Of a DNA stretch of 64,000 nt, positions 37,045 to 45,053 are shown in pieces. The stretch comes from a virus (lineage: Duplodnaviria; Caudoviricetes). Location of the stretch: IMG/VR virus record IMGVR_UViG_3300050514_000135, positions 33,102 through 97,101 of that record; one strand, 5' to 3'. The first letter of the stretch is position 1. Each line of letters opens with the position of its first letter. The position numbers and the translations under genes were made by a program. The notes beneath the pieces were generated by a model. It saw only the letters and a list, made by a program, of their open reading frames with translations, was not told the DNA's origin and searched no databases.

Positions 37045-37748
37045 CAGATCCACCCCAGGAGGTACGCCGCGCCGCCGACCGCGAAGGCACCGAGCGCGAG
37101 CGTGCCGAGTCCGGGTCCCGAGCTCGCGGACGAGCTCAGCGGGTTCGCTCCGAGCCAAGCGGCCGCGGCGTTGCTGTAGCCGAACGCGCGACCCGGGTAG
37201 TCGGCGGAGACGCCGCCGGTCGAGCAGTCCGCGATCACGTTCCACCGATTAGGCGCTGTGCACTTGCTGCTGGTGCCGCACTTCACGCTGCCGGCGTTGT
37301 ACGCGATCACGGTCTTGATCGGGTTGCCGCCGTACTTGGTCATGAGTTCCGACAGCAGCTTCGCGCCGAGGTCGACGTTCAGCGCCGGGTCACTGAGGAG
37401 CTCGTTGACGGACACCTTCCTCCCCGCCTGGTCGCTCGCGGTAGCGGGCAGGAGCCCCATGAGTCCGTAGCAGCACGACGAGTGCGCGTCTTGCTTCCCG
37501 CCGCTCTCGGTCGCCATCACGCCGTCGACGAACTGCGGCCAGAGCTTGTACTTGGCCGCCGCGGCGTCGACGATGGCGCGCCACTGCTTCACCTCCTCGG
37601 GGAGCTTCAGGGCCTTCGCGCCCTCGTTCTCGATCTCGATGAGGCCCTCTGGTGTCCAGCGAGCTCGCGGGCCGCTGCAGCCGGACTCGAACCACTGCGC
37701 CGGCGTCGAGACGGCGCCGAGTCCGAGCATGTAGTCGAGCGGGTGCAT
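37044..37748 (-). CDS. Tail-anchored SLT lytic transglycosylase with HPLDY tag
   Basis: MATESGG, GLMGL, NVDLGAKLL, AYNAG; N-terminal MHPLDYMLGLG; C-terminal TM. Confidence 0.88.
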   Translation of the reverse strand: MHPLDYMLGLGAVSTPAQWFESGCSGPRARWTPEGLIEIENEGAKALKLPEEVKQWRAIVDAAAAKYKLWPQFVDGVMATESGGKQDAHSSCCYGLMGLLPATASDQAGRKVSVNELLSDPALNVDLGAKLLSELMTKYGGNPIKTVIAYNAGSVKCGTSSKCTAPNRWNVIADCSTGGVSADYPGRAFGYSNAAAAWLGANPLSSSASSGPGLGTLALGAFAVGGAAYLLGWI

Positions 37749-37752
37749 CGCA

Positions 37753-38430
37753 TTATCGTTTGAACTTGAGAACCATGCCGGGCGACTGGTAGCGAGCCTT
37801 CGCTTTCGCTTCCTCGCGACTGTGCGCGCGGACGTAACCGTCGATCGCGCCGACGTCATCGTAGTAGCGGTAGAGCGGCGCCCCGACACCCCAGTATCGA
37901 CCGCGGCGGTCGTAGCCTCCTTGATTAAGAGGCACGCGTTCGAGGTAGATGTCGAACTGCGGCTCGCCAGCGTTCTCTTGCAACGCCGCGCCGCTCCCTC
38001 CGAGCAGGATGAGGAACAGGCCGACGACGAGCGCTCCGCCCACGACGTAGACCATGCTGTCGCCGGACTCGGAAGAAGAGGACGGCACCGCCCCCGGCTT
38101 AGCGGGAGGGGGGGTTCCGGGAGACGAGGACGGTGCCGAAGTCGGGGGCGCGAGCCAGCCAGGCGGCGGCTTCAACGGCCAGTCCCAGCCCGCCGGGTAG
38201 CCTGGCGGGCGCGGCGGAGGCCACGGTTGCCCCGTCAAGGACCAACCGAAGGGCGGGTCCTTCGGGAAGTCGCCGGTCGGCAACCACTGCATTCCCGTGA
38301 GGTCCCAGAACGGCGGCTTCGGTGGTGGCCACGGACCGGTCCAGCCGGGTGGGGCCGGAGCCGCGGGCAGAACTTGGCCTAGCGTGCCACGCACGCGCTC
38401 GTCGATCGGCTTGCTCCACTCCACCTTCAC
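37753..38430 (-). CDS. Pro/Trp-rich membrane protein with a C-terminal small domain
   Basis: MKVEWSKP..GTLGQ leader; PPGW repeats; TM; LQEN then GGYD..GRYWG.GAPLY domain. Confidence 0.7.
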   Translation of the reverse strand: MKVEWSKPIDERVRGTLGQVLPAAPAPPGWTGPWPPPKPPFWDLTGMQWLPTGDFPKDPPFGWSLTGQPWPPPRPPGYPAGWDWPLKPPPGWLAPPTSAPSSSPGTPPPAKPGAVPSSSSESGDSMVYVVGGALVVGLFLILLGGSGAALQENAGEPQFDIYLERVPLNQGGYDRRGRYWGVGAPLYRYYDDVGAIDGYVRAHSREEAKAKARYQSPGMVLKFKR

Positions 38431-38433
38431 GGC

Positions 38434-39183
38434 TCAGCGCTTCCTGCGACGCTTGCGCGGCCTACCCATGCCGGCCGTCGCACCGACGCCGACGTAGAAG
38501 TTCTCCTGCAGCTTCGGGGCGCCCAAGAACAGGGCAGCGCCGATTCCGACCACGATGAGGCCGCCGATGACCAGCGGCAGCGTGTTCGACGACGTGTCCG
38601 TCGCCGGTGTCGTCGGCGCCTGGTTAGGTGTGACGCGCACGTCGGCCGGGTTGACTGGCGGCTGAGGTCCGCCGCACTGCGCGATGCAATTGACCAGGTT
38701 GAAGACGTAACCGGGCGAGTTCGGCGGCACGCCTGTCGCCTGGAGGCAAGTGTCGACGCACGCCTGCGAGCCGGCGGGAACCTGGGGCAGGCCGGGGATC
38801 TGCGGCGGTGTTCCGGGTAGCGGTGCTGAACCACCGAACGGTGGAAACTGCCCTGGCTGCACGAAGCCCTTCGCCCACGCCTCGAGCGCGGCGACCTGAC
38901 CGGTCGTCGGCGTGTCCGCCGGCAATTGCTTGAACGTCACGGGTTGCCCATTGAGCGCCGTCCAGTAATCGACGAAGGCGTCCATCATGGCTTGGTCGCG
39001 TGCGGACCAATAACCCGTCAGGTCCTGCGAAGTGCCGTAGTCGGTGACCGGCACGTTGCCGTACAGGTTCTTCCACGACAGCAAGAGAGCCTTCGCCTTG
39101 AGCTGCAGCGCCGGCACCTCGCCGAGTCGCGAGACCGCGCCGAGCCACGAGACTTTCTTCTTGGATACCCACTGAACTTGCAT
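38434..39183 (-). CDS. Tail-anchored membrane protein with WLG leader
   Basis: MQVQWVSKKKVSWLG..RLG; Cys hairpin; TM; LQEN; RPRKRRRKR tail. Confidence 0.75.
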   Translation of the reverse strand: MQVQWVSKKKVSWLGAVSRLGEVPALQLKAKALLLSWKNLYGNVPVTDYGTSQDLTGYWSARDQAMMDAFVDYWTALNGQPVTFKQLPADTPTTGQVAALEAWAKGFVQPGQFPPFGGSAPLPGTPPQIPGLPQVPAGSQACVDTCLQATGVPPNSPGYVFNLVNCIAQCGGPQPPVNPADVRVTPNQAPTTPATDTSSNTLPLVIGGLIVVGIGAALFLGAPKLQENFYVGVGATAGMGRPRKRRRKR

Positions 39184-39187
39184 CGGC

Positions 39188-40087
39188 TTACCTTCCGGTC
39201 ATGACCGTGGTCTGGGCGACGTAGCGCTGGCCGGTCTTCCAGACGTTCACTTCGGACCCGTCGATGTGGCGCTTGCCCACGTACATGTAGCGCGCGTTGG
39301 CGGGCGTGATCATGACAATGTCCCACGGCTCGCTGGAGCTGTTGCGCCAGTTCTTGCCGCGATAGGCGTAGGCGTACCCGGACTTCGGGTGCGGCGGGTT
39401 AGCCTGCAGCATCGGCGATGCCTTGCTCAGGAGCAGCGCACCGACGGCCAGCGCCGCGATCCCGCCGGCGATGTAGAGACCGGTGTTCGACGACGCGCTC
39501 TCCGCGGGCGGCGACGTGGGCGGGGGCGTCACCGGCGGCGGCGTCACGGGAGGAGGTGTTACCGGCGGTGGGATGATGACCGGAGGGACGATGATCGGCG
39601 GCGGTGCCTGTCCAGCACAGAGCGACAAGCACGTGGCGAGGTTCACCGGGTCCAAAGCGTACTTCTGCTGGCAGTTCTGCGCGCAGATCACCGGGTCAGG
39701 ACTCGGCCCGGGATTCGGGTTGATCCCCTTGCTGACGGCCCAGTTCTGCAGCGCCTGCAGGTGCGGCGCGTCGGGGGGAGCGGCGACGGTCCCGCCCTCG
39801 CCAGCGACGCCCGTCGCGAGGTGTGGCGGCTTGCCTCCGCTGTTCCACCAGACGCTGAACGACTCGAGCGTCGCGCCGTCGCGGATCTTGGTGAACGGTG
39901 GAAGGAAGTCCCCGGGCTTCGTCCCGTAGTCCTGGAACGCCGCCGACTGATTCCCCTCGCCCTGCGCCCACGCGGAGAGCAGGGTCTTGATCTGGACCAT
40001 CTCCGCCTCGGTCGCGCCGAGCGTGCCGGGCACGCGGCCGAGCCACTGCGTCCTCGGTTCTCGCTTCACCCACTGCACTTGCGTCAT
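39188..40087 (-). CDS. Membrane protein with WLG leader, paralog of 38434..39183
   Basis: MTQVQWVKREPRTQWLGRVPGTLG; DYGT..D shared; PPVTPP repeats; TM; LQANP plus small domain. Confidence 0.75.
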   Translation of the reverse strand: MTQVQWVKREPRTQWLGRVPGTLGATEAEMVQIKTLLSAWAQGEGNQSAAFQDYGTKPGDFLPPFTKIRDGATLESFSVWWNSGGKPPHLATGVAGEGGTVAAPPDAPHLQALQNWAVSKGINPNPGPSPDPVICAQNCQQKYALDPVNLATCLSLCAGQAPPPIIVPPVIIPPPVTPPPVTPPPVTPPPTSPPAESASSNTGLYIAGGIAALAVGALLLSKASPMLQANPPHPKSGYAYAYRGKNWRNSSSEPWDIVMITPANARYMYVGKRHIDGSEVNVWKTGQRYVAQTTVMTGR

Positions 40088-40362
40088 GACTTCTTCTTTC
40101 CGTTCTCGTAGAGCGCCCACGCTAGCACGAACGCCTCGATGCTCGCCGCGCCGGCCAGTGAGTACTTGATCAGGTTCGGGCCTCTCAGCCCCACTACGTA
40201 CATGCCCACACCGACGAGCGCCGCGCGCATCGCCGTGTGGAAGATCATCACCGGGATAGCTGAGACGTCGCCAGCGACGAGCGCCTCGGCGCTCTCGCCC
40301 GAGGGGAGACCGGCGAGCGTGCTCGGCGCGCGCATCGGTTTGACCCAGGTGACGGCAGACAC
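40084..40362 (-). CDS. Small two-TM membrane protein
   Basis: MSAVTWVKP leader; two hydrophobic helices. Confidence 0.7.
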   Translation of the reverse strand: MSAVTWVKPMRAPSTLAGLPSGESAEALVAGDVSAIPVMIFHTAMRAALVGVGMYVVGLRGPNLIKYSLAGAASIEAFVLAWALYENGKKKS

Positions 40363-40363
40363 C

Positions 40364-40555
40364 TCACAACCTCCCCGTCTTCAGCGAGCCTACAGCTTTC
40401 ACCCCTCCGTAGATCGCCAGAGCTAGCAAGCCGAGCAGGAAGAGCGTCGGGACAACGCCCGACGTCTCGACAGCCGCCGAGGCGCCGAGCGTGTCAGGCA
40501 CGCGGCCTAGCCACTCGACCCGCTGCGTCCTCTGCTTGACCCAAGTGACCCTCAC
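40364..40555 (-). CDS. Minimal leader + TM protein
   Basis: MRVTWVKQRTQRVEWLGRVPDTLG, then a TM only. Confidence 0.7.
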   Translation of the reverse strand: MRVTWVKQRTQRVEWLGRVPDTLGASAAVETSGVVPTLFLLGLLALAIYGGVKAVGSLKTGRL

Positions 40556-40929
40556 CGGAGCCCTCCTCCTGCGATGAACCCGAGCGCGAGCGCGGCCACA
40601 CCTACGCCGAGCAGCAACGCGATCGAGTTGTCACCAGAACTCCCGGCAGACGCCGAGCAGAACGGCATCTTCTCGATCTCCTTGTCGAGCTGCATCGAGA
40701 CTGGGTCGGTCTTGTCCGGCCCAAACAGTTCCAAGATCCGCGCGCAGTTCGGGTACGCGGTGACGATCCCTTTTTCGACGCAGTTGTCGAACTCGCTGGT
40801 GTAGCAGGGCGGGAAGTACGACACAGCTTCTTTGAAGCGCTCGTCGTTGGTCAGACCAAGGCGCCCGCTCGGCAGCTTACCCAGCCACTGAACACCGTGA
40901 GCACTCTGCTTGACCCAAGTGACCCGCAC
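40552..40929 (-). CDS. Tail-anchored Cys-rich protein with WLG leader
   Basis: MRVTWVKQSAHGVQWLGKLPSGRLG; 4 Cys; C-terminal TM. Confidence 0.72.
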   Translation of the reverse strand: MRVTWVKQSAHGVQWLGKLPSGRLGLTNDERFKEAVSYFPPCYTSEFDNCVEKGIVTAYPNCARILELFGPDKTDPVSMQLDKEIEKMPFCSASAGSSGDNSIALLLGVGVAALALGFIAGGGLR

Positions 40930-40944
40930 TTAGCCTCCTCCGCC

Positions 40945-42147
40945 TCAGGCGGCGTACCGACCGCGCTTCTTGTGCCGGCGGCGCTTCGGGTTCTGCTGGA
41001 GACGACCCGCGGCGGACTTCGGCAGCTTCGGGGGCTTCCCGAAGAACGCGAACGCGCCGAGCGCGAGACCGGCGAGCGCGAGCGCTCCGACGCCGCCGAG
41101 GCCGGTCGACGTCGACGAGACGGCGGGGTTGGCGACGCAGTCACCCGTAGCGTTGCGGGTGTAGTTCGCCGGGCACTTGTCAACGCACTTGCCGTTCACG
41201 CAATCCTGCGTAGGCGAGCAGCCAGCGTTGTCGGTGCAACCGGGTGCGGGGCCGGGCGTGCCGGTCTTGCAGTCCGGATTGAACGCGCTCTTCGACTGGT
41301 CGATGCTCCCGCACTGGGCCGGGACGGCGACGGACCCGTCGAGGTAAGTCTGCACGTAGATCGCCGCCGCGCAGGTCGTGGGACCGAGCTTGCCGTCCGC
41401 GCCGATCGGGCAGATCTTCTGCGTCGCGAGCGCAGCGTTGATCTTGGCCTGCAGCGCACCGACGTTCGTCGGTGACCCGCCCTCGAGCGCCGCTTGCGCC
41501 AGGCACGTGGGGTCACAGGCGACGACGCAAGCGTCAAACGCCGCGGGGTTGTTTTGATTCTGCGCCGTGCACTTCTGCGCGCACATGTTGTAGCAAGACT
41601 TGTAGGTGATCGTATCGTGCAAGTCGCCTTGCCCGAGTCGACCGGTTCGTCCGATCCATTGCACGCGCCGCGCGCCGAAGATCGGGTGGAACGGGGGCAT
41701 CGGCCGAGCCTGATTCGTCCACGTGATCGTGGTGGTACGTCCAAAGGGCACGATGAACGGCGTCTCGACGAACGGGAAGATCGACTGCCGGGTGTAGAAC
41801 GGGATGGGCACCGTCGCCACGGGCTCGGGCGGCGGCGGGACCATCGCGCCGACCTGGTACGTGACGCCGCCGTCGTACGTGCAGTAGCTCGTGCCGGGGC
41901 CGTAGTACTGGTACGCCTTCTTGTAGACGCCGCACGTGACGTAGCTCGCGCCGTAGGTCTGGCCGAGACTCAGGAGCTGGTTCACGCCCTGCTGGTGAGT
42001 GATCCACCCGGGCGGCGTGTAGGCGTACACGACCGATCCGTTGCCGAACTTCTCGCGCACGGTGAACGTCCACGACTCGGCGTCGTACGGTTGACCGAGT
42101 CGGCCTTGCTTTCCGGCCATCGGTTTGGTCCAGTTCACGTGCTTCAT
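40945..42147 (-). CDS. Cys-rich tail-anchored protein with two leader copies and a PG-binding-like motif
   Basis: MKHVNWTKP..GRLGQ and internal RVQWIGRTGRLGQ; VGALQAKIN...ADGKLGPTT; EGF-like Cys; TM; LQQNPKRRRHKKR. Confidence 0.72.
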   Translation of the reverse strand: MKHVNWTKPMAGKQGRLGQPYDAESWTFTVREKFGNGSVVYAYTPPGWITHQQGVNQLLSLGQTYGASYVTCGVYKKAYQYYGPGTSYCTYDGGVTYQVGAMVPPPPEPVATVPIPFYTRQSIFPFVETPFIVPFGRTTTITWTNQARPMPPFHPIFGARRVQWIGRTGRLGQGDLHDTITYKSCYNMCAQKCTAQNQNNPAAFDACVVACDPTCLAQAALEGGSPTNVGALQAKINAALATQKICPIGADGKLGPTTCAAAIYVQTYLDGSVAVPAQCGSIDQSKSAFNPDCKTGTPGPAPGCTDNAGCSPTQDCVNGKCVDKCPANYTRNATGDCVANPAVSSTSTGLGGVGALALAGLALGAFAFFGKPPKLPKSAAGRLQQNPKRRRHKKRGRYAA

Positions 42148-43025
42148 GTAAACAATCTCCTGTCCGAGTTTTGAAACAGTTTGCCAGACCGGGTCGGCAG
42201 CTGACTGCAGTCGGGCCAGAGCTCGACGGTGAGCGCGCCGGCGACGCGACCGTAGTGGGCCGTGGTCGGGAACATGAAGAGGAACCGGTCCTCCTGCGCG
42301 ATTGCGCCGAGGTCCGTGGGCGGCGTCACGCTGCAGATGTCCGCGGGGTCGAACTGGTTGACGCTCGCGTAGAGCACCACGCGTCCGGGGCCGTAGACCG
42401 GGATGTACGTCTCGAAGTCGCGGTTGTCGCGCCACGTGCCCAGCATGCCGAGCCCCGGCTCGAGGGGCATGCCGCTGTTCGGTGGCACGTACGGGACGAG
42501 CGGCGGGCGGTAGAGCAGCGCGGTGTCGTTCCCCTCGAACGAGACGTCGCGCCCGCCGCCCATGCTCGCGTCGCTGAAGCGGTTCCCGGCCTGGCCGAGG
42601 AGCTGGTGGCGGAGGTGCCACGAGATGTTGCCGCCCGGCGGCTGCCAGAACGGCTCGCGGATCAAGATCTCGAACGGCCGCCCGGGGCAGTCGGGGTTCG
42701 CGCCCGTGAGGAGGCCGGCGAGCGTCTGCGCCGTGTGCACGGCACGCACGACGATCGCGCCATGGTTCGGGATGTCGACGACGACGAGCCGGAACAGGTA
42801 CCGGTGGTACTGGTCCGTGGTCGGGGCGAGCGGCACCTCGATGCCCGTCGAGCTCATGTCGCCGACGTACGGGGACGAACCGACCGCGATGTTGCGCAGT
42901 TGGAACGCGCTCGACACCACGTCGAGCAGCACCGGGCAGCCGCAGAGCCAGTGCCGGTGGTCAGCGCCTACGTGCGCGATCTCGGTCTGTGCTGCGGTTG
43001 CGGGTCCGATCTTCTCAAGTTCCAT
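42144..43025 (-). CDS. Beta-rich putative virion structural protein
   Basis: No TM; alternating beta patterns; follows the candidate capsid genes. Confidence 0.55.
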   Translation of the reverse strand: MELEKIGPATAAQTEIAHVGADHRHWLCGCPVLLDVVSSAFQLRNIAVGSSPYVGDMSSTGIEVPLAPTTDQYHRYLFRLVVVDIPNHGAIVVRAVHTAQTLAGLLTGANPDCPGRPFEILIREPFWQPPGGNISWHLRHQLLGQAGNRFSDASMGGGRDVSFEGNDTALLYRPPLVPYVPPNSGMPLEPGLGMLGTWRDNRDFETYIPVYGPGRVVLYASVNQFDPADICSVTPPTDLGAIAQEDRFLFMFPTTAHYGRVAGALTVELWPDCSQLPTRSGKLFQNSDRRLFT

Positions 43026-43041
43026 CCGTCACACCCTTCGC

Positions 43042-43662
43042 TCAGGGCGGACAGATGCCCTTTTCCTTGAGGACCGCGAGCGCGTCCTGGATCGAGATCT
43101 GCGCGTAGCAGTTGCTGCGCGGGAGACGCATGACGTGGAGGCTGACGATGACCTCGGTCGGGATCTCGTCGGGGTCGACGAGGGCGCGGGTGTTCGTGAA
43201 GGTGGCGATGGCCGACGCCCCGCACGTGAGCACGAGGCCCACCGGGCAGACGCAGCTGAACGCCTCCTCGAAGTTGCCGAGCGGGGTCGGGTCGCTGGAG
43301 ATGACGAAGTTGCACCACGTGCGGATCTGCAGCGTGATGTCGATGTCCGGGTTCTGCGCGTATGCGGTGTTCGCGATGTCGCGGAGAGGGTTGCCGGGAA
43401 AGTAGTTCGGCCGGCGGACGGTCGCCTGGACGTCCTTCAACCAGACGTCGACCTCGGCGAGCTCCTCGAACTTGACGGGCAAGGGTTGGTTGGCGGTCGC
43501 GCTCGTGAACGAGGCGCGGAGGTTCAAGATCTCCCAACCGCCGATCGCGCTCGAGACGATGCCGCGCGCGCTCGCTCCGGAGTACAGGAGCGTCGCAGCG
43601 AGCTTCGGATCGAACTCCGCAATCTCGCCCAACGTGAACTGGCGGGGGGCTGTCTTTCGCAC
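43042..43662 (-). CDS. Beta-rich putative minor capsid protein (jelly-roll candidate)
   Basis: GTG at 43662 after GAGG; beta-strand pattern ending EVIVSLHVMRL. Confidence 0.5.
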   Translation of the reverse strand: MRKTAPRQFTLGEIAEFDPKLAATLLYSGASARGIVSSAIGGWEILNLRASFTSATANQPLPVKFEELAEVDVWLKDVQATVRRPNYFPGNPLRDIANTAYAQNPDIDITLQIRTWCNFVISSDPTPLGNFEEAFSCVCPVGLVLTCGASAIATFTNTRALVDPDEIPTEVIVSLHVMRLPRSNCYAQISIQDALAVLKEKGICPP

Positions 43663-43704
43663 TGTGACCTCGAATCCAAAAGAGAGTGAGTGAAGAGGCG
43701 GTGC

Positions 43705-43734
43705 GGGGTGCCCGAGCGTGAGCCCGAGCACCCC
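43705..43734 (-). terminator. Stem-loop terminator/attenuator after the candidate major capsid gene
   Basis: Minus-strand RNA GGGGUGCUCGGGC-UCAC-GCUCGGGCACCCC, a 13-bp stem whose two mismatches are G-U pairs only on the minus strand; pyrimidine-rich tail follows. Confidence 0.7.
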
Positions 43735-43749
43735 TCGCCGTTAGTCCGA

Positions 43750-44961
43750 TCACTCGTCGGGGTTGACGGTCGCCTTGCGGTTCTCGAGCAGGATCTTGAG
43801 GTTCTCCTTGCCCTGCTTGGTGAGGCCCGAGAGGTGGGCCGTACCCTTGAGCGCGCTCTGCTGGAGCAGGCCCTGGATGTAGCTCGACTCGAGCAACATC
43901 TGGAACTGCAGCGAGTCCGGGTAGACGTAGTTCAGGTAGTCGATGCACGCGCTCGGGAAGAGCTCGACTCCGAACAGGCCCACGCCGAACGAGAAGCACC
44001 CGCCGGGGATGGTGTACGCCGACGAGTAGCCGACGCCGCACGCGGTGTCCTCGGTCAGGATGCCCGGCGCCGGAGACGGGATGGTCTCCAGGTCGAGCAC
44101 GCCCTCGCGACGCATCGCTTCGAGGAAGCAGCAGTCCTGCTCGACGCGCGACAGCCCGATGCGGATCGTGGTCGTCGGGACGTAGAGCAGCGGGCGCTGG
44201 AAGCAGTACATCTTGTGCCCGAGGCCGGTTCCGGTGAAGTGCCCGTAGGTGTTGCCGGCAGTCGGTGCACCGATGCACTCGGTGCCCGCGTCGCCGACGA
44301 CGACGTTCTGCGGGATGAAGAGCCGATCGTAGCCCTTGTCGTGCAACACGCTGTTCGTCGCGATGACGTACTTCTGCGCGGCCGCGAGCGAGTCGCCCGC
44401 ACCGCCGAAGACGTTGGGCTTCGGCCAGACGCCGATGTGGCTCGCGAGCTCGTCGACGACGACGATGCGGCGGCCCATGCGGATCTGCAGGCGATACGCC
44501 TGGACGAAGTTCTCGCCGAAGATCTGCCCGGGACCACCCCAGTCGAGCGCCGCATTGCGCGCGGCAGCGTCGCCGGCGAGTCCGCCGACAGGAACGCAAC
44601 CGTCGAAGCACGGCGTGGCCGAACCCGCGTCGGGCTCGGTGACCAGCGCGCCGGGGAGCGCGAACTGGCGACCCTCAGCGATGAAGGTCAAGAACGCGCC
44701 GAGGGCCAAGAACGGCGTCTCGACGCGCGCGCCGGTGAAGGCGCCGGTGATCTGACGACCGGGACAGGCTTCCGCCTCGGTGTCGACGTTGAAGAACTGG
44801 AGGCCCGCCTCGAACCGAGCGAACTCGGCCGGGGTGAGTGGCATCTTCAACTGGGTCTGGTCGCTGATGATCGCCGTGATGGCGGTCCACGGGAGGTTCA
44901 CTGCCTCGCCGATGCTCGAGACCTTCTTCCAGGCTTGTGCGTTGTTGGTGACGTTGGCCAT
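43750..44961 (-). CDS. Candidate major capsid protein (non-HK97, possibly jelly-roll)
   Basis: 403 aa, no TM, beta-rich; strong purine-rich RBS GGAAGGAAAAAGAGAG, A-rich upstream leader and downstream hairpin suggest high expression. Confidence 0.5.
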   Translation of the reverse strand: MANVTNNAQAWKKVSSIGEAVNLPWTAITAIISDQTQLKMPLTPAEFARFEAGLQFFNVDTEAEACPGRQITGAFTGARVETPFLALGAFLTFIAEGRQFALPGALVTEPDAGSATPCFDGCVPVGGLAGDAAARNAALDWGGPGQIFGENFVQAYRLQIRMGRRIVVVDELASHIGVWPKPNVFGGAGDSLAAAQKYVIATNSVLHDKGYDRLFIPQNVVVGDAGTECIGAPTAGNTYGHFTGTGLGHKMYCFQRPLLYVPTTTIRIGLSRVEQDCCFLEAMRREGVLDLETIPSPAPGILTEDTACGVGYSSAYTIPGGCFSFGVGLFGVELFPSACIDYLNYVYPDSLQFQMLLESSYIQGLLQQSALKGTAHLSGLTKQGKENLKILLENRKATVNPDE

Positions 44962-45053
44962 GTTCTCTCTTTTTCCTTCCGACCGACCGCGGGTCATCCG
45001 CTCCGGCCGCTCAAACAAACTTTGGTTTCGGGGTTAGTTTTTTCTGTCGTGGT

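Noticed and set aside
34027-42147. C-terminal TM + basic tail as a sortase (LPxTG), PEP-CTERM or MYXO-CTERM sorting signal
   Set aside because: No LPxTG, PEP or GC motif before the TM, no N-terminal signal peptides and no sortase/exosortase gene seen
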